Source: an uncultured Candidatus Saccharibacteria bacterium (GTDB taxonomy: Bacteria; Patescibacteriota; Minisyncoccia; Phycocordibacterales; UBA9973). From it: a stretch of DNA of 64,000 bases. The notes below the pieces were generated by a model. That model saw only the letters and a list, made by a program, of their open reading frames with translations, made no database searches and was not told the origin of the DNA. The position numbers were made by a program, and so were the translations under genes. This document shows, piece by piece, positions 1 through 9,632 of the stretch (position 1 is the first letter of the stretch; the number at the start of each line of letters is the position of its first letter). The DNA is taken from contig CAZRDO010000003.1 in NCBI GenBank assembly GCA_964599225.1, positions 8,066 to 72,065 on the forward strand, written 5' to 3'.

Positions 1-1
1 A

Positions 2-1204
2 AACTTAACACTAACTGAAATATATGGACAAAAACTTTCTTCTTCATATGGTCGCGCAGATGAGCGAAACACAGACGAGTTCACCATGCTTACTGACGGT
101 AGTCCTTTCGGAGTAGAGGGAACAGGAGCGGTTGTACTGAAGCCGTATAGTATTACAAAAATTGAAGGATTGAATGAAGAAGAAGTGGCCATAGAAGACA
201 AAGTTCCTCCTACGCAACCAGTAAATATTGAGGTGGTTGAGCAGTCTCCCACAAGTGTTACTCTTGCCTGGGATCCAGCCGCAGATAATAGCGGAGAAGT
301 AGAGAGCTATACTGTCTATGAAGTAACAGGAGAAGATGGAGATTCTACGCCGACATGTAATTTGAACTCAAATGGCAATGTTCGATATTGCAATGAAATT
401 TTTAATCAATCAGAAATTGTAGAAACAAATGGGATTACATTTTCGACTACCTATAATCTGAAATTTGATATGTATACACCACCACTATCTGATACGGCGA
501 CAGATCGTCCGGTACTCATTCATTTCCATGGTGGTGGAGGAAGTTCAGAAGGTAGTGCAAGTGTTTGTAACCAGTACGCAAGACTTGGATATGTGTGTAT
601 TGCAGGTGACTACCGAGGTGGGGGCACGAGCCAAGGTTTCACCATAGGAGAACAAGCTGATAGTGCTTCAGATGCACACTCACTTATCCGTTATCTTCGA
701 ATCCATGCAACCGAATATAGAATTGATCCTAATAAGATAATGCTCGGTGGAGTATCGGCAGGAGGCATTACCGCAATGCTCGCAGCAACTGCTGGCAATG
801 ACACAACCAATACGGACTGGTTTAAGCTTGGATCAAAAAATACCGATAACAGTATGTATAGTAATGGAGCAGTAGTGCCCTCATGGAGCTGTATGGCGAC
901 AAGTAATTCAGGTCCACTTCTTCCTCCAGCTTACGAACTTATTGATTCAAATGATCCTCCAGCAATCTCGTTTTTGGGAGGGCAGGATTTGGATCACGGA
1001 TGGAGTTGTGCAGATGGAGAAAATGCGAAAAATATAATGACTGGTCTAGGTATCCCAAGTTACTTCCAATGTTTCCCAAATTCTGACCATAGTCTAGGAG
1101 AAGATGCTGCAATCGATGCGCTAGTGATACCTACTGCGTACAAAGAACTTGTTATTGAGAGTTGTCCACAAAGTTACAGTAATATTTCACGCATCAATAA
1201 TTAG
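2..1204 (+). CDS. 5'-truncated multidomain surface protein: end of a GH-like beta-sandwich, half FN3, C-terminal alpha/beta-hydrolase (esterase)
   Basis: Frame is open from base 2 (NLTLTEIYGQKLSSSYG...). HFHGGG oxyanion motif, GVSAG nucleophile elbow, late Asp/His. LKPYSITKI resembles IRPNSITVI at the end of the next protein. Confidence 0.75.
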   Translation, partial: NLTLTEIYGQKLSSSYGRADERNTDEFTMLTDGSPFGVEGTGAVVLKPYSITKIEGLNEEEVAIEDKVPPTQPVNIEVVEQSPTSVTLAWDPAADNSGEVESYTVYEVTGEDGDSTPTCNLNSNGNVRYCNEIFNQSEIVETNGITFSTTYNLKFDMYTPPLSDTATDRPVLIHFHGGGGSSEGSASVCNQYARLGYVCIAGDYRGGGTSQGFTIGEQADSASDAHSLIRYLRIHATEYRIDPNKIMLGGVSAGGITAMLAATAGNDTTNTDWFKLGSKNTDNSMYSNGAVVPSWSCMATSNSGPLLPPAYELIDSNDPPAISFLGGQDLDHGWSCADGENAKNIMTGLGIPSYFQCFPNSDHSLGEDAAIDALVIPTAYKELVIESCPQSYSNISRINN

Positions 1205-1207
1205 TAT

Positions 1208-3049
1208 ATGGACTCACTCCGAAACCCCCAATATGATGGTGTGAAAATTCTCGCACTTGTGGCAGTAATTATTTTTTGCGCGGTGTTTGTTTACAATCAT
1301 ATTGCTCGCCGAAGTCAGGTTAATCAAGCTCTAGTCGGTGACATCACTCCTCCGACAGCCCCTTCCAATCTTTCGCTTGTGTCTAAAGATCCTTCAAGTG
1401 CAACGCTCTCATGGGATGCTTCTACCGATGATGATGTAATAGAAAATTATACGGTCTATGAAATTACTGGAGAAACAGAAAATCCAGACCCGGGAGGAGC
1501 AATAATTAATATTTCGACATCTTCAAGTACCCCAGTTGCTAAAGACCTCTTTGGAGTTGCGGTCAATGATTATGGAGAAAACTACACTGATTACAGCACA
1601 AATCCAGTTTGGAATACCATGATTGGTGAAGTTGGTTTTACAAGTGGTGCTTATACAGCTGGAGCAGAAGATCGTTGGATACATCCATACTCTGCAAAGG
1701 GAGGATATAATAATTCTAGTCTCGATCCTATAGGTACTAATTTGCCGTTGACCGTCTTGCCAAAGGTAGTGGGGATGGGAGCAAATATAGATGAAATATA
1801 TCACTACACAGGATCACAAGAGGGTGCGTATAAATTACAAACAAGCAATAATGAGACCAATGTAGATTTCTGGGATGTTACCGCTGACTATATTAAAAGT
1901 CATAACCAGAAAATGGTGTTTTCTGCAAATATCGTACATGGCACTACAGATGAAATGGCAACATTTATTAATTCGATTAGTGCACATGGAATTGGAAGTT
2001 ACAAACTCCGCTATGGTTTAGAGCTCTCAAGTGGTATCGGTGGCAATCTGACTTCAGGAGAATATATCGCCGCAGCTAGTGAATATGATTCGTATCTGAC
2101 GAGCCACTATTCATCATTACCACCTCGAGTAGTCAGTATGGCTGATCATACGACATGTAAGAATCAGACACAGACAGAGTGTTGGGATAATGATGATGTG
2201 TACCAGTGGGCGGTTTCGCGTGGCATTGAAGAATTTAGTCAGTATATGTGGCTTGATGCATTTCCTTCACTCTCAACGACTGCACCCAAAAATATTGATG
2301 ACTATTTTGCACAATCAAATCAACTCCTTCGAGCAGATCTTGATAGTGTGCTCGGTCGCCTTGCGTCGTATCAACATGATATGCCAAATCTTAAATTCCA
2401 TCTCGCTCAGTACGGTATGAATTTACAGCGAAGTGGATATGGTACGCAGACCATGCTTCATGGGATCATGACTTGGAATTTTCTATTTGAAATTCTTAAA
2501 TTTAATAGTACTCACAATAATTACGTAAGTTCAGCAATTTTCCTGGAGAATGAAAGTGCAGTAAATCCGTATGGAGCAGGGGATAGCTCTTTTGTCATTG
2601 ATTCAAGTTATGTCGATGGTGGAAAATCTTTCGTCAAACGTGTTCCAGGTGTTGCGTATGAAATGCTCAAGCCAATCTTCACTTCTCCAAATCCGCTTTT
2701 TGTAGACACGGATATTACAAGTGGAGAGGACGGCTTTGGTGCTATATCAGTAAAAACTGATAAGACCCGTTTGTATGTGTACAATAATGGTCCAGAGCGA
2801 ATGATTTCAGGTATTATGCTCAACGGTGCACCGGTGACGGGCTCACACTATAGGAATGCACTTTGGAGTGAAAAACTTTATGGTTCGATTGGTACTTCTC
2901 CAGCGCACTCTCACTTCAAAGGTGATAATTATATTGAGTCCAATCCTAATTACCAAGCAGTTTCTGCGCAGGCCGAAAAAGGAAATATTGACCTTGGGGA
3001 CGCTATTATGATACGTCCGAATAGTATTACCGTAATTGATCTGGAATAA
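1208..3049 (+). CDS. Membrane-anchored protein with half FN3 and a clan GH-A-like barrel plus beta-sandwich
   Basis: N-terminal TM; DITPPTAPSNL...LSWDASTD..YTVYE; LFGV start of barrel, YGLEL, FHLAQYG, C-terminal PNSITVIDL resembling GH51/79/39-like folds. Confidence 0.55.
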   Translation: MDSLRNPQYDGVKILALVAVIIFCAVFVYNHIARRSQVNQALVGDITPPTAPSNLSLVSKDPSSATLSWDASTDDDVIENYTVYEITGETENPDPGGAIINISTSSSTPVAKDLFGVAVNDYGENYTDYSTNPVWNTMIGEVGFTSGAYTAGAEDRWIHPYSAKGGYNNSSLDPIGTNLPLTVLPKVVGMGANIDEIYHYTGSQEGAYKLQTSNNETNVDFWDVTADYIKSHNQKMVFSANIVHGTTDEMATFINSISAHGIGSYKLRYGLELSSGIGGNLTSGEYIAAASEYDSYLTSHYSSLPPRVVSMADHTTCKNQTQTECWDNDDVYQWAVSRGIEEFSQYMWLDAFPSLSTTAPKNIDDYFAQSNQLLRADLDSVLGRLASYQHDMPNLKFHLAQYGMNLQRSGYGTQTMLHGIMTWNFLFEILKFNSTHNNYVSSAIFLENESAVNPYGAGDSSFVIDSSYVDGGKSFVKRVPGVAYEMLKPIFTSPNPLFVDTDITSGEDGFGAISVKTDKTRLYVYNNGPERMISGIMLNGAPVTGSHYRNALWSEKLYGSIGTSPAHSHFKGDNYIESNPNYQAVSAQAEKGNIDLGDAIMIRPNSITVIDLE

Positions 3050-3150
3050 ATATGTACCGATCTAATTTATTAGTAATAAAAATATGTATTATCCCTAGGC
3101 TCGGCAGAAGTCAGAGACGTGATATACTAACAACCATAACGTAACCACCT

Positions 3151-4986
3151 ATGAATTTTCTTCGCGATCCACAATATAATGCAATTAAAGTTATCCTCAT
3201 TCTCTTAGTGATTGTTGGTGCCGCTTATTTCATTATTTCCAATATTAACAGCAGCTTTAGTGGTGTTGCCAGAGTAGCTGATTCAGATTCAGGAAATAGC
3301 AGAGAATCTGCTTCGGGTGGAACAAGAACTCCGAACGCAGGCGGTGGATCATCAAGTGGACGACCAAGGTCTGGGAGTGGAACTACGAGTAGTGGTCCAA
3401 AACAGAGCACCGTTTCAACTATAATTGAGAACATTTTCAATGGATCAGATAGTATACAGAGCACAAATCCCACCAGCCTCGGTACAACGTTACCAACTAC
3501 ACCAGATGAAAAAGTGACCAATATAGTCGGGACTACCACCACTAATTTTATAACTATTCCTAATCTTACGCCTGGCACACATACATTCTCAGTTGTAGCA
3601 ACTGATGGTAATGGTAATTCATCGGCAGAGAGTAGCCCTATCACAGTTGTGATAGATGGTACGAGTACTGGTGATAATACCGCTCCGACCCTCACTTCAA
3701 TTGTGACCGGAGTCTCTCAAACATCCGCAACAATTACTTGGGAAACAAATGAAGTTGCCTCGTCAATAGTTGAATATGGCCAAACGACCAGCTATGGTAA
3801 TTCTACGACTGAAATTGATACTGCTCCATTTGTAACCAATCACTCTGTTACTCTCACAGGACTTTCAGCAGAAATGCTGTATCATTTCCGTGTGAAGTCA
3901 TATGATGTCGCACACAATCTTGGAACTTCTTCTGATTATACTTTTACAACACAATCACTTCCGACCCCGCCAACAACCCCGGTGATTATATCTTCAAATC
4001 CTAGCTCGGGATCGAACAATAATACTCCAAAAATTTTAGGTAGCGCACCAGCCGGTACGACCGTCAAACTCTATACCGCATCTTCGTGTAGTAGTGGATC
4101 ACTGGCTGTTTCAGGAAGCGCATCAACATTTACAAATTCTGGATTGGTAGTCACTGTAGCAGATAATACTGCAACTACATTCTATGCAACTGCAACTGAT
4201 GCCCAAGCAAATGTATCAGCGTGTTCATCTGGATATACCTATAGTGAAAAGACACCGCCTACTCCAGATACTACAGACCCAGTTATTTCAAATATCAATA
4301 TTGCTGTAACCGATTCATCCGCCGGTATTAGTTGGATAACTGATGAAGCAGCGTCTTCTCGAGTCGATTACGGTCTTACAAGTGGATATGGATCTACAAG
4401 CGGGACCATTAATACCAATCCACGAGTTACGAGTCACTCCATCACGCTCTCTGGACTTACCTCAGCAACTACCTACCATATGAGTGTTACTTCTACAGAT
4501 GGAAGTAATAATACTGCGACATCAGGAGATCTTACATTTACAACAGGCACACTAACGACCTATCAATGCGCTGACGGATTTGATAATGATGGGGATAGCC
4601 TTACTGACCTCAATGATCCAGGCTGTAGTAGTTCAAGTGATGATAGTGAATTTAATGAAGTTACTTCAGGTCCAGTACAAATTAGTAATGGAGGATCTAG
4701 TAGTTCAAACAACAATCAAAATACACAACATTGTTCAGTGTATGGCTCGCCACTTACGCTCATTAAATACTGGTCAAAAGGGACAGACGCAATGGGAGTA
4801 CAAAAGGCAATCAATCAAATGCAGGCCGCAAATCCACCACTTGTTACTGATGGTATTATTGGACCAAAATCACTTCTAGGTATTAAAACGGTACAATCAA
4901 TTCTTGGAACAAAAACCGATGGTCTCTGGGGTCAGATTACCCAAGGTCTCTATGCAACATGGGCACAGCAGGTCTGTCAGGACTAG
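3151..4986 (+). CDS. Membrane-anchored FN3/Ig-repeat surface protein with Cys/Asp Ca-binding motif and C-terminal peptidoglycan-binding-like domain
   Basis: TM, Ser/Gly linker, two ITW.T.E.ASS.V.YG FN3 repeats, QCADGFDNDGDSLTDLNDPGC, DGIIGPKS...DGLWGQIT. Confidence 0.75.
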   Translation: MNFLRDPQYNAIKVILILLVIVGAAYFIISNINSSFSGVARVADSDSGNSRESASGGTRTPNAGGGSSSGRPRSGSGTTSSGPKQSTVSTIIENIFNGSDSIQSTNPTSLGTTLPTTPDEKVTNIVGTTTTNFITIPNLTPGTHTFSVVATDGNGNSSAESSPITVVIDGTSTGDNTAPTLTSIVTGVSQTSATITWETNEVASSIVEYGQTTSYGNSTTEIDTAPFVTNHSVTLTGLSAEMLYHFRVKSYDVAHNLGTSSDYTFTTQSLPTPPTTPVIISSNPSSGSNNNTPKILGSAPAGTTVKLYTASSCSSGSLAVSGSASTFTNSGLVVTVADNTATTFYATATDAQANVSACSSGYTYSEKTPPTPDTTDPVISNINIAVTDSSAGISWITDEAASSRVDYGLTSGYGSTSGTINTNPRVTSHSITLSGLTSATTYHMSVTSTDGSNNTATSGDLTFTTGTLTTYQCADGFDNDGDSLTDLNDPGCSSSSDDSEFNEVTSGPVQISNGGSSSSNNNQNTQHCSVYGSPLTLIKYWSKGTDAMGVQKAINQMQAANPPLVTDGIIGPKSLLGIKTVQSILGTKTDGLWGQITQGLYATWAQQVCQD

Positions 4987-5078
4987 TATAGGTTATGGGT
5001 AAGAGACGGTGTAATTCCTACAATTATTTCTCTGAACTCACCCTATTATTCCTCTAGTGGAAACTCACAATATATACT

Positions 5079-5708
5079 ATGCAGGTAAATGAAACGAAGA
5101 TACTTGAGCATATTGCCTTTATTTTTGTTCTACCCATCGCACTACTTTATTTCAATATCATAAATAAAGATTTCAGGGTATTAGTGCTTGCGGTTGCTTG
5201 CTTGCTTATTTATGGAATCATAAAAAAAGACCATTGGAGTAAGAAAGATATGGCAATGGTTGTCGGTGATCGTAAATCCCACCTCGTACCGTATGCATTT
5301 TTTATGCTCGTCGGGACATTTGTTATACTTTTGCTTGCCCGTCTTTTTGGGCTAGAGCCTGAAACCTCTTGGTGGAGTTCCAGAGAATTTTGGGCAAACC
5401 CACACTTCCTTTTTCTTTTTGTAGTCGTTTCATTCTTACAAGAATTTGCTTACAGAGTTTTTCTCATTCGAGAACTTGAGGGAATCTTTTCAAAAACATC
5501 CACAGTCATAGTTATCAATGCCATTCTGTTTATTTTTCTCCACGCAATCTATCCACTCACGTGGCCGAGCGTTATTTTAGTGACCATCTCATCCGTGGCT
5601 TTTCCGCTCATGTATATAAAGTACCGAGACTTCTGGCTCATCGGGCTTGCGCACTCACTCTTCAACTTTATCGCAGTACTCCATGGGTTTTTAGTGATTT
5701 CAAGCTAA
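5079..5708 (+). CDS. CPBP (Abi/CAAX) family intramembrane metalloprotease
   Basis: QEFAYR, F.FLH and AHSLFN motifs; multiple TM helices. Confidence 0.8.
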   Translation: MQVNETKILEHIAFIFVLPIALLYFNIINKDFRVLVLAVACLLIYGIIKKDHWSKKDMAMVVGDRKSHLVPYAFFMLVGTFVILLLARLFGLEPETSWWSSREFWANPHFLFLFVVVSFLQEFAYRVFLIRELEGIFSKTSTVIVINAILFIFLHAIYPLTWPSVILVTISSVAFPLMYIKYRDFWLIGLAHSLFNFIAVLHGFLVISS

Positions 5709-5754
5709 AGAGGGATATATTGCATATATATCTATATTGTGGTATAATCACAAT

Positions 5755-6168
5755 ATGAAAAGGATTATAAAATTCTTATTTCTTTCAGGTTTAGTTATCT
5801 TCCTGACCCAAACTGCACTCGCGTGTGAGTGTAATTGTGGTGGATATTATTACGACTCCACATACTGCTATAACTCCGATTATGTGTATAGCTCAAATTA
5901 CAGGTATATCTCAGATTATTTTAGTACTGATGAGTACATGTATGACAATGACTACACATTTACTAGTCCCTACACATATGAGAGCGAATATCAGCAAGAC
6001 TCATTCTATAATTATACACAAGGGTATGATGATGATTCTCATTACCGCTATCAAACTCAGTATGAACTCAATGATAACTATCGCTATCAAACCGCATATG
6101 AATATGATGATGGATATTCCTATACTTCAGATTATGTATACACATCTGACTATACTCGAGCAAACTAA
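5755..6168 (+). CDS. Secreted Tyr-rich hexapeptide-repeat protein
   Basis: ATG 5755 follows TGGTATAAT; signal peptide ending ALA, then CECNC and 18 Y-led hexads. Confidence 0.7.
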   Translation: MKRIIKFLFLSGLVIFLTQTALACECNCGGYYYDSTYCYNSDYVYSSNYRYISDYFSTDEYMYDNDYTFTSPYTYESEYQQDSFYNYTQGYDDDSHYRYQTQYELNDNYRYQTAYEYDDGYSYTSDYVYTSDYTRAN

Positions 6169-6170
6169 AC

Positions 6171-6205
6171 ATAACAGACTCCTACATATAGTAGGAGTCT
6201 GTTAT
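6171..6205. terminator. Hairpin after the Tyr-repeat gene
   Basis: ATAACAGACTCCTAC-atata-GTAGGAGTCTGTTAT, perfect 15-bp stem. Confidence 0.6.
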
Positions 6206-6240
6206 ACTAGTGCAACTTATTAAATTAATTTATCTATCAT

Positions 6241-6738
6241 ATGTATACACGAGAAGAAATCTGGAGTTCATTTGTTAACGAATTTCGCATCATAAAGCAT
6301 CTTGCCGAGAAAATTCCCGCTGGCAAAGAACATCATAAACCAACTGAAAAACAACGTACCACACTGGAATTACTTCAATACATAAGTCGAATGGGTAAGG
6401 GTATACTGCGTGCGATTTTGGAATCAAATGCCGAAGGCTTTACTCGTTATACTGAAGCATCGCAAGGAGTAACAGTTGAAAATTTCCAAATTGCAATTGA
6501 TGAACAAGTGAGAGAAATGAAGGAACTTTTTGATTTACTTACTGATGAGGAGCTAGCCAAAGAGCTCACGCTCTGGGGTATGACAGAGAAGAAATCCATG
6601 TTCGTACTCAACGCATTAAAAATGGTTACAGCTTACAAGATGCAACTTTTCCTCTATATCAAAGCCTCTGGTAATGAAAGTATTGGCACTTCAAACCTCT
6701 GGGCCGGTATGGATATGCCTTCTCCAAAGGATTCCTAG
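6241..6738 (+). CDS. DinB/YfiT-like four-helix protein
   Basis: KPTEKQRTTLELLQY and YKMQLFLYIKASG patterns. Confidence 0.55.
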   Translation: MYTREEIWSSFVNEFRIIKHLAEKIPAGKEHHKPTEKQRTTLELLQYISRMGKGILRAILESNAEGFTRYTEASQGVTVENFQIAIDEQVREMKELFDLLTDEELAKELTLWGMTEKKSMFVLNALKMVTAYKMQLFLYIKASGNESIGTSNLWAGMDMPSPKDS

Positions 6739-6741
6739 TGT

Positions 6742-8484
6742 ATGAAGTTACTCCTTAGCTATCTCAAGCAATATTGGAAGCTTTGTCTCCTCGTGTTGGT
6801 ACTCGCTGCCATCAATCAGGTATTTTCATTCCTAGATCCTCTTATTTTCCGTCACATTATTGATGATTATGCGACTAAATTTAACCTCTTCTCTCAAGCT
6901 GAGTTTTTTCGTGGTGTTTCATTCCTCCTACTGCTCGCAGTAGGTGCAGCGTTTGTCTCACGTGTTGCCAAAAACTTTCAGGACTATTACCTCAATACGG
7001 TCACTCAAAAACTCGGTGCGGAAATATATAACGATGGTGTTGAGCATTCGCTCGCACTCCCGTATGAAGTCTTCGAAGATCAGCGAAGTGGTGAAACCCT
7101 CGGTACACTCCAAAAAGTCCGTACTTCAAGTGAAACATTCATGGTTGCTTTTATTAATATTCTCTTCGTTTCGTTTGTTGGGTTTATTTTTATCACTGTG
7201 TATTCAGCCCTCATATACTGGGTCGTTGCAGTGGTGTATGCATCGGTCGTCCCACTTATCGGCACATTAAGCTATGTCTTAACAAAGCGCGTAAAGAAGA
7301 TTCAAAAGATTATCCTCGCTGAGACAACGGCACTCGCTGGTGCCACGACAGAATCGCTTCGCAACATTGAGCTCGTCAAAAGCTTAGGATTAGTCGGGCA
7401 GGAGATAGGGCGACTCAATTCCACGACAGAGAAAATCCTTAAATTAGAACTCAAAAAATTGCGCTACATTAGGAGTATTAGTTTTATTCAGGGCACCTTC
7501 ATCAACTTACTGCGTACCTTGATTTTGGCGTTTCTGCTTTATTTAGTGTTTACTCGTATTATTACATTTGGTCAATTTTTCTCGCTCTATATTTATTCAT
7601 TCTTTGTCTTCGGTCCACTTCAGGAACTTGGTGCACTTATTACCAGTTATCGTGAAGCTGAAGCTTCACTCAAGCGTTTTGACGAAATCATCAATACACC
7701 AGCCGAGGTACTCCCACCTAATGCAAAATTAATTGATAGTATTGATACTTTGGAATTTCAGAATGTATCGTTCCAGTATAAAAGTGCCTCGACTCTAGCA
7801 TTAGAGGGTGTTTCATTTACTGCCAAGAGAGGCGAAACGATTGCTTTCGTCGGACCGTCAGGCTCTGGTAAAACAAGTTTGGTAAAGCTTTTAGTCGGAC
7901 TCTATACTCCAAAAGAAGGCAAAGTACAATACAACAGTATTCCACTAACTGATATCGATATGAACGTCTTGCGCTCACAATTTGGTTTTGTCACGCAAGA
8001 TACCCAACTTTTTGCCGGCTCTATTAAAGAAAATCTCAAATTCGTAAATGGAAATGCAACCGATGAAGAGATTCTTAATGCACTCCAAAAAAGTGCCGCG
8101 ACTTCACTACTTGCGCGCGCTGACCAAGGGATTGATACGCTTATTGGCGAAGGTGGCGTCAAAGTTTCTGGAGGCGAGAAACAACGGCTTTCAATTGCGC
8201 GTGCGCTCTTGCGTAAGCCGACCGTATTAATTTTTGATGAGGCGACGTCTGCTCTTGATTCAATTACAGAAGAAGATATTACAAACACTATTAGGGACGT
8301 TTCGACTGGAGGAGCGAGGATCACTGTGCTCATTGCACACAGGCTTTCTACCATTATGCATGCTGACCGAATTTATGTGCTTGAGAAAGGTAGGATTATC
8401 GAGGAAGGTACTCATGATTCGCTTGTGGCAAAAAACGGCCTCTACCACGCTATGTGGCGCCAACAAATAGGGGAGAGAAACTAG
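6742..8484 (+). CDS. ABC exporter, fused TMD and ATPase (MsbA-like)
   Basis: GPSGSGKT, VSGGEKQR, IFDEATSALD, AHRLST. Confidence 0.95.
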   Translation: MKLLLSYLKQYWKLCLLVLVLAAINQVFSFLDPLIFRHIIDDYATKFNLFSQAEFFRGVSFLLLLAVGAAFVSRVAKNFQDYYLNTVTQKLGAEIYNDGVEHSLALPYEVFEDQRSGETLGTLQKVRTSSETFMVAFINILFVSFVGFIFITVYSALIYWVVAVVYASVVPLIGTLSYVLTKRVKKIQKIILAETTALAGATTESLRNIELVKSLGLVGQEIGRLNSTTEKILKLELKKLRYIRSISFIQGTFINLLRTLILAFLLYLVFTRIITFGQFFSLYIYSFFVFGPLQELGALITSYREAEASLKRFDEIINTPAEVLPPNAKLIDSIDTLEFQNVSFQYKSASTLALEGVSFTAKRGETIAFVGPSGSGKTSLVKLLVGLYTPKEGKVQYNSIPLTDIDMNVLRSQFGFVTQDTQLFAGSIKENLKFVNGNATDEEILNALQKSAATSLLARADQGIDTLIGEGGVKVSGGEKQRLSIARALLRKPTVLIFDEATSALDSITEEDITNTIRDVSTGGARITVLIAHRLSTIMHADRIYVLEKGRIIEEGTHDSLVAKNGLYHAMWRQQIGERN

Positions 8485-8487
8485 TAC

Positions 8488-8516
8488 TTGACATATATCA
8501 TATAATGTAGTATACT
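8488..8516 (+). promoter_or_regulatory. Sigma70-type promoter
   Basis: TTGACA-17 nt-TATACT upstream of the 8549 ORF. Confidence 0.65.
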
Positions 8517-8548
8517 TACTACAGTTTTTTCACTTAAATCCATAACTC

Positions 8549-8830
8549 ATGAAAGCAATAGTACTTTTAGTACTTGTTTGCGTGTTTGCAAGAGCAGATG
8601 CGCAAACTATTGACAGCTTAAAGGCTCAAATATACCCAAACCCCTGTATCGCAGAGGTTACACTTCCATACAATGCGGAAGTGTATGATCTGGCTGCAAA
8701 AAAAATTAAAGTATTACAGGCATGGGATAACAAGGTAGATGTTTCGAAACTACCACTGGGAATTTATTTCGTTCGCTTCCAAGTGGACGGAAGGGAGTAT
8801 GTGGTGAAATTAGTAAAAAAAGATGAATAA
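8549..8830 (+). CDS. Signal peptide plus stand-alone T9SS type A C-terminal sorting-domain-like protein
   Basis: IYPNP, VYDL..K, VDVSKLPLGIYFVRF....VVKLVK. Confidence 0.75.
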   Translation: MKAIVLLVLVCVFARADAQTIDSLKAQIYPNPCIAEVTLPYNAEVYDLAAKKIKVLQAWDNKVDVSKLPLGIYFVRFQVDGREYVVKLVKKDE

Positions 8831-8855
8831 CTAATTTCTAAAACTTTCAAAAAAT

Positions 8856-8879
8856 AATCCGGGCTTTTTTGCCCGGATT
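8856..8879. terminator. Hairpin between convergent genes
   Basis: AATCCGGGC-tttttt-GCCCGGATT. Confidence 0.6.
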
Positions 8880-8899
8880 CATTTTTATAATAAGCATGC

Positions 8900-9565
8900 T
8901 TAGGCATCTCTACGCTCAAATGTTTCACGATCTGATTTAAAACAGAGAAGCGCCAGATGATAAATCGTGTAGGTGATAAAGAAAGCTGCCAAAACATCAA
9001 TTGAATAGTGAAGATGAGCGAGGAGTACGACTATTCCAAAGAATCCTGCAGCTGAGACAAAAAATGTTCGCAAAACTTTTTGTTCCTGGAAAATCAGTGC
9101 AAGGAGGAAAGGCAGTCCTGTATGCCCAGAGAAGAATAAGTCTCCGCCAAAGGTAAATTTAGCGATTAAATTGCTCGTCGGAATAATAGCTTCAGTCGGG
9201 AAGGGTCCGATATGAGTGAGCGATATGAAGAGCGAACGAATGAGTACAAAGAGTGCAACCGTTTTAAGTGTGAAGGGGATATGTTTGGGGTTTGTGACAA
9301 GGAGTGTACTGACAAATATCCAAAAGAGTACTGAGCCGTAGACGAAGACGCCTTCAAGGTAGAAAATTGGGATGTTATTGAGTATCAAATCAGTGACTGG
9401 GTTACTAGCACGCTCTGTAGCATAGGTCCCAGCATAGTAGTTCACCACAAGACTTCCAAAGAGGAGCAGAAATGCGCCAAGGAATGAATACACGAAGTTT
9501 CGCTCTCGGAAGAGTTTTTTGTATTTGAGTATGATCTGGCTTACGTGTGCTCCAAGCATGGTCAT
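8900..9565 (-). CDS. PAP2-superfamily sphingomyelin/IPC-synthase-like membrane protein (start uncertain)
   Basis: GDLFFSGHT and HYSIDV motifs; about 6 TM. Confidence 0.75.
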   Translation of the reverse strand: MTMLGAHVSQIILKYKKLFRERNFVYSFLGAFLLLFGSLVVNYYAGTYATERASNPVTDLILNNIPIFYLEGVFVYGSVLFWIFVSTLLVTNPKHIPFTLKTVALFVLIRSLFISLTHIGPFPTEAIIPTSNLIAKFTFGGDLFFSGHTGLPFLLALIFQEQKVLRTFFVSAAGFFGIVVLLAHLHYSIDVLAAFFITYTIYHLALLCFKSDRETFERRDA

Positions 9566-9632
9566 AAGGATTAGGGTGAGTATAACATTAATATTTAGAG
9601 AAAAATCGTTTCTCAACTACAATAAAGATTAT

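Noticed and set aside
3049-3151. Frameshift or stop splitting one FN3 gene
   Set aside because: ORF 3151 has its own -10-like element, start codon and paralogous TM anchor, and a 101-nt spacer separates the genes
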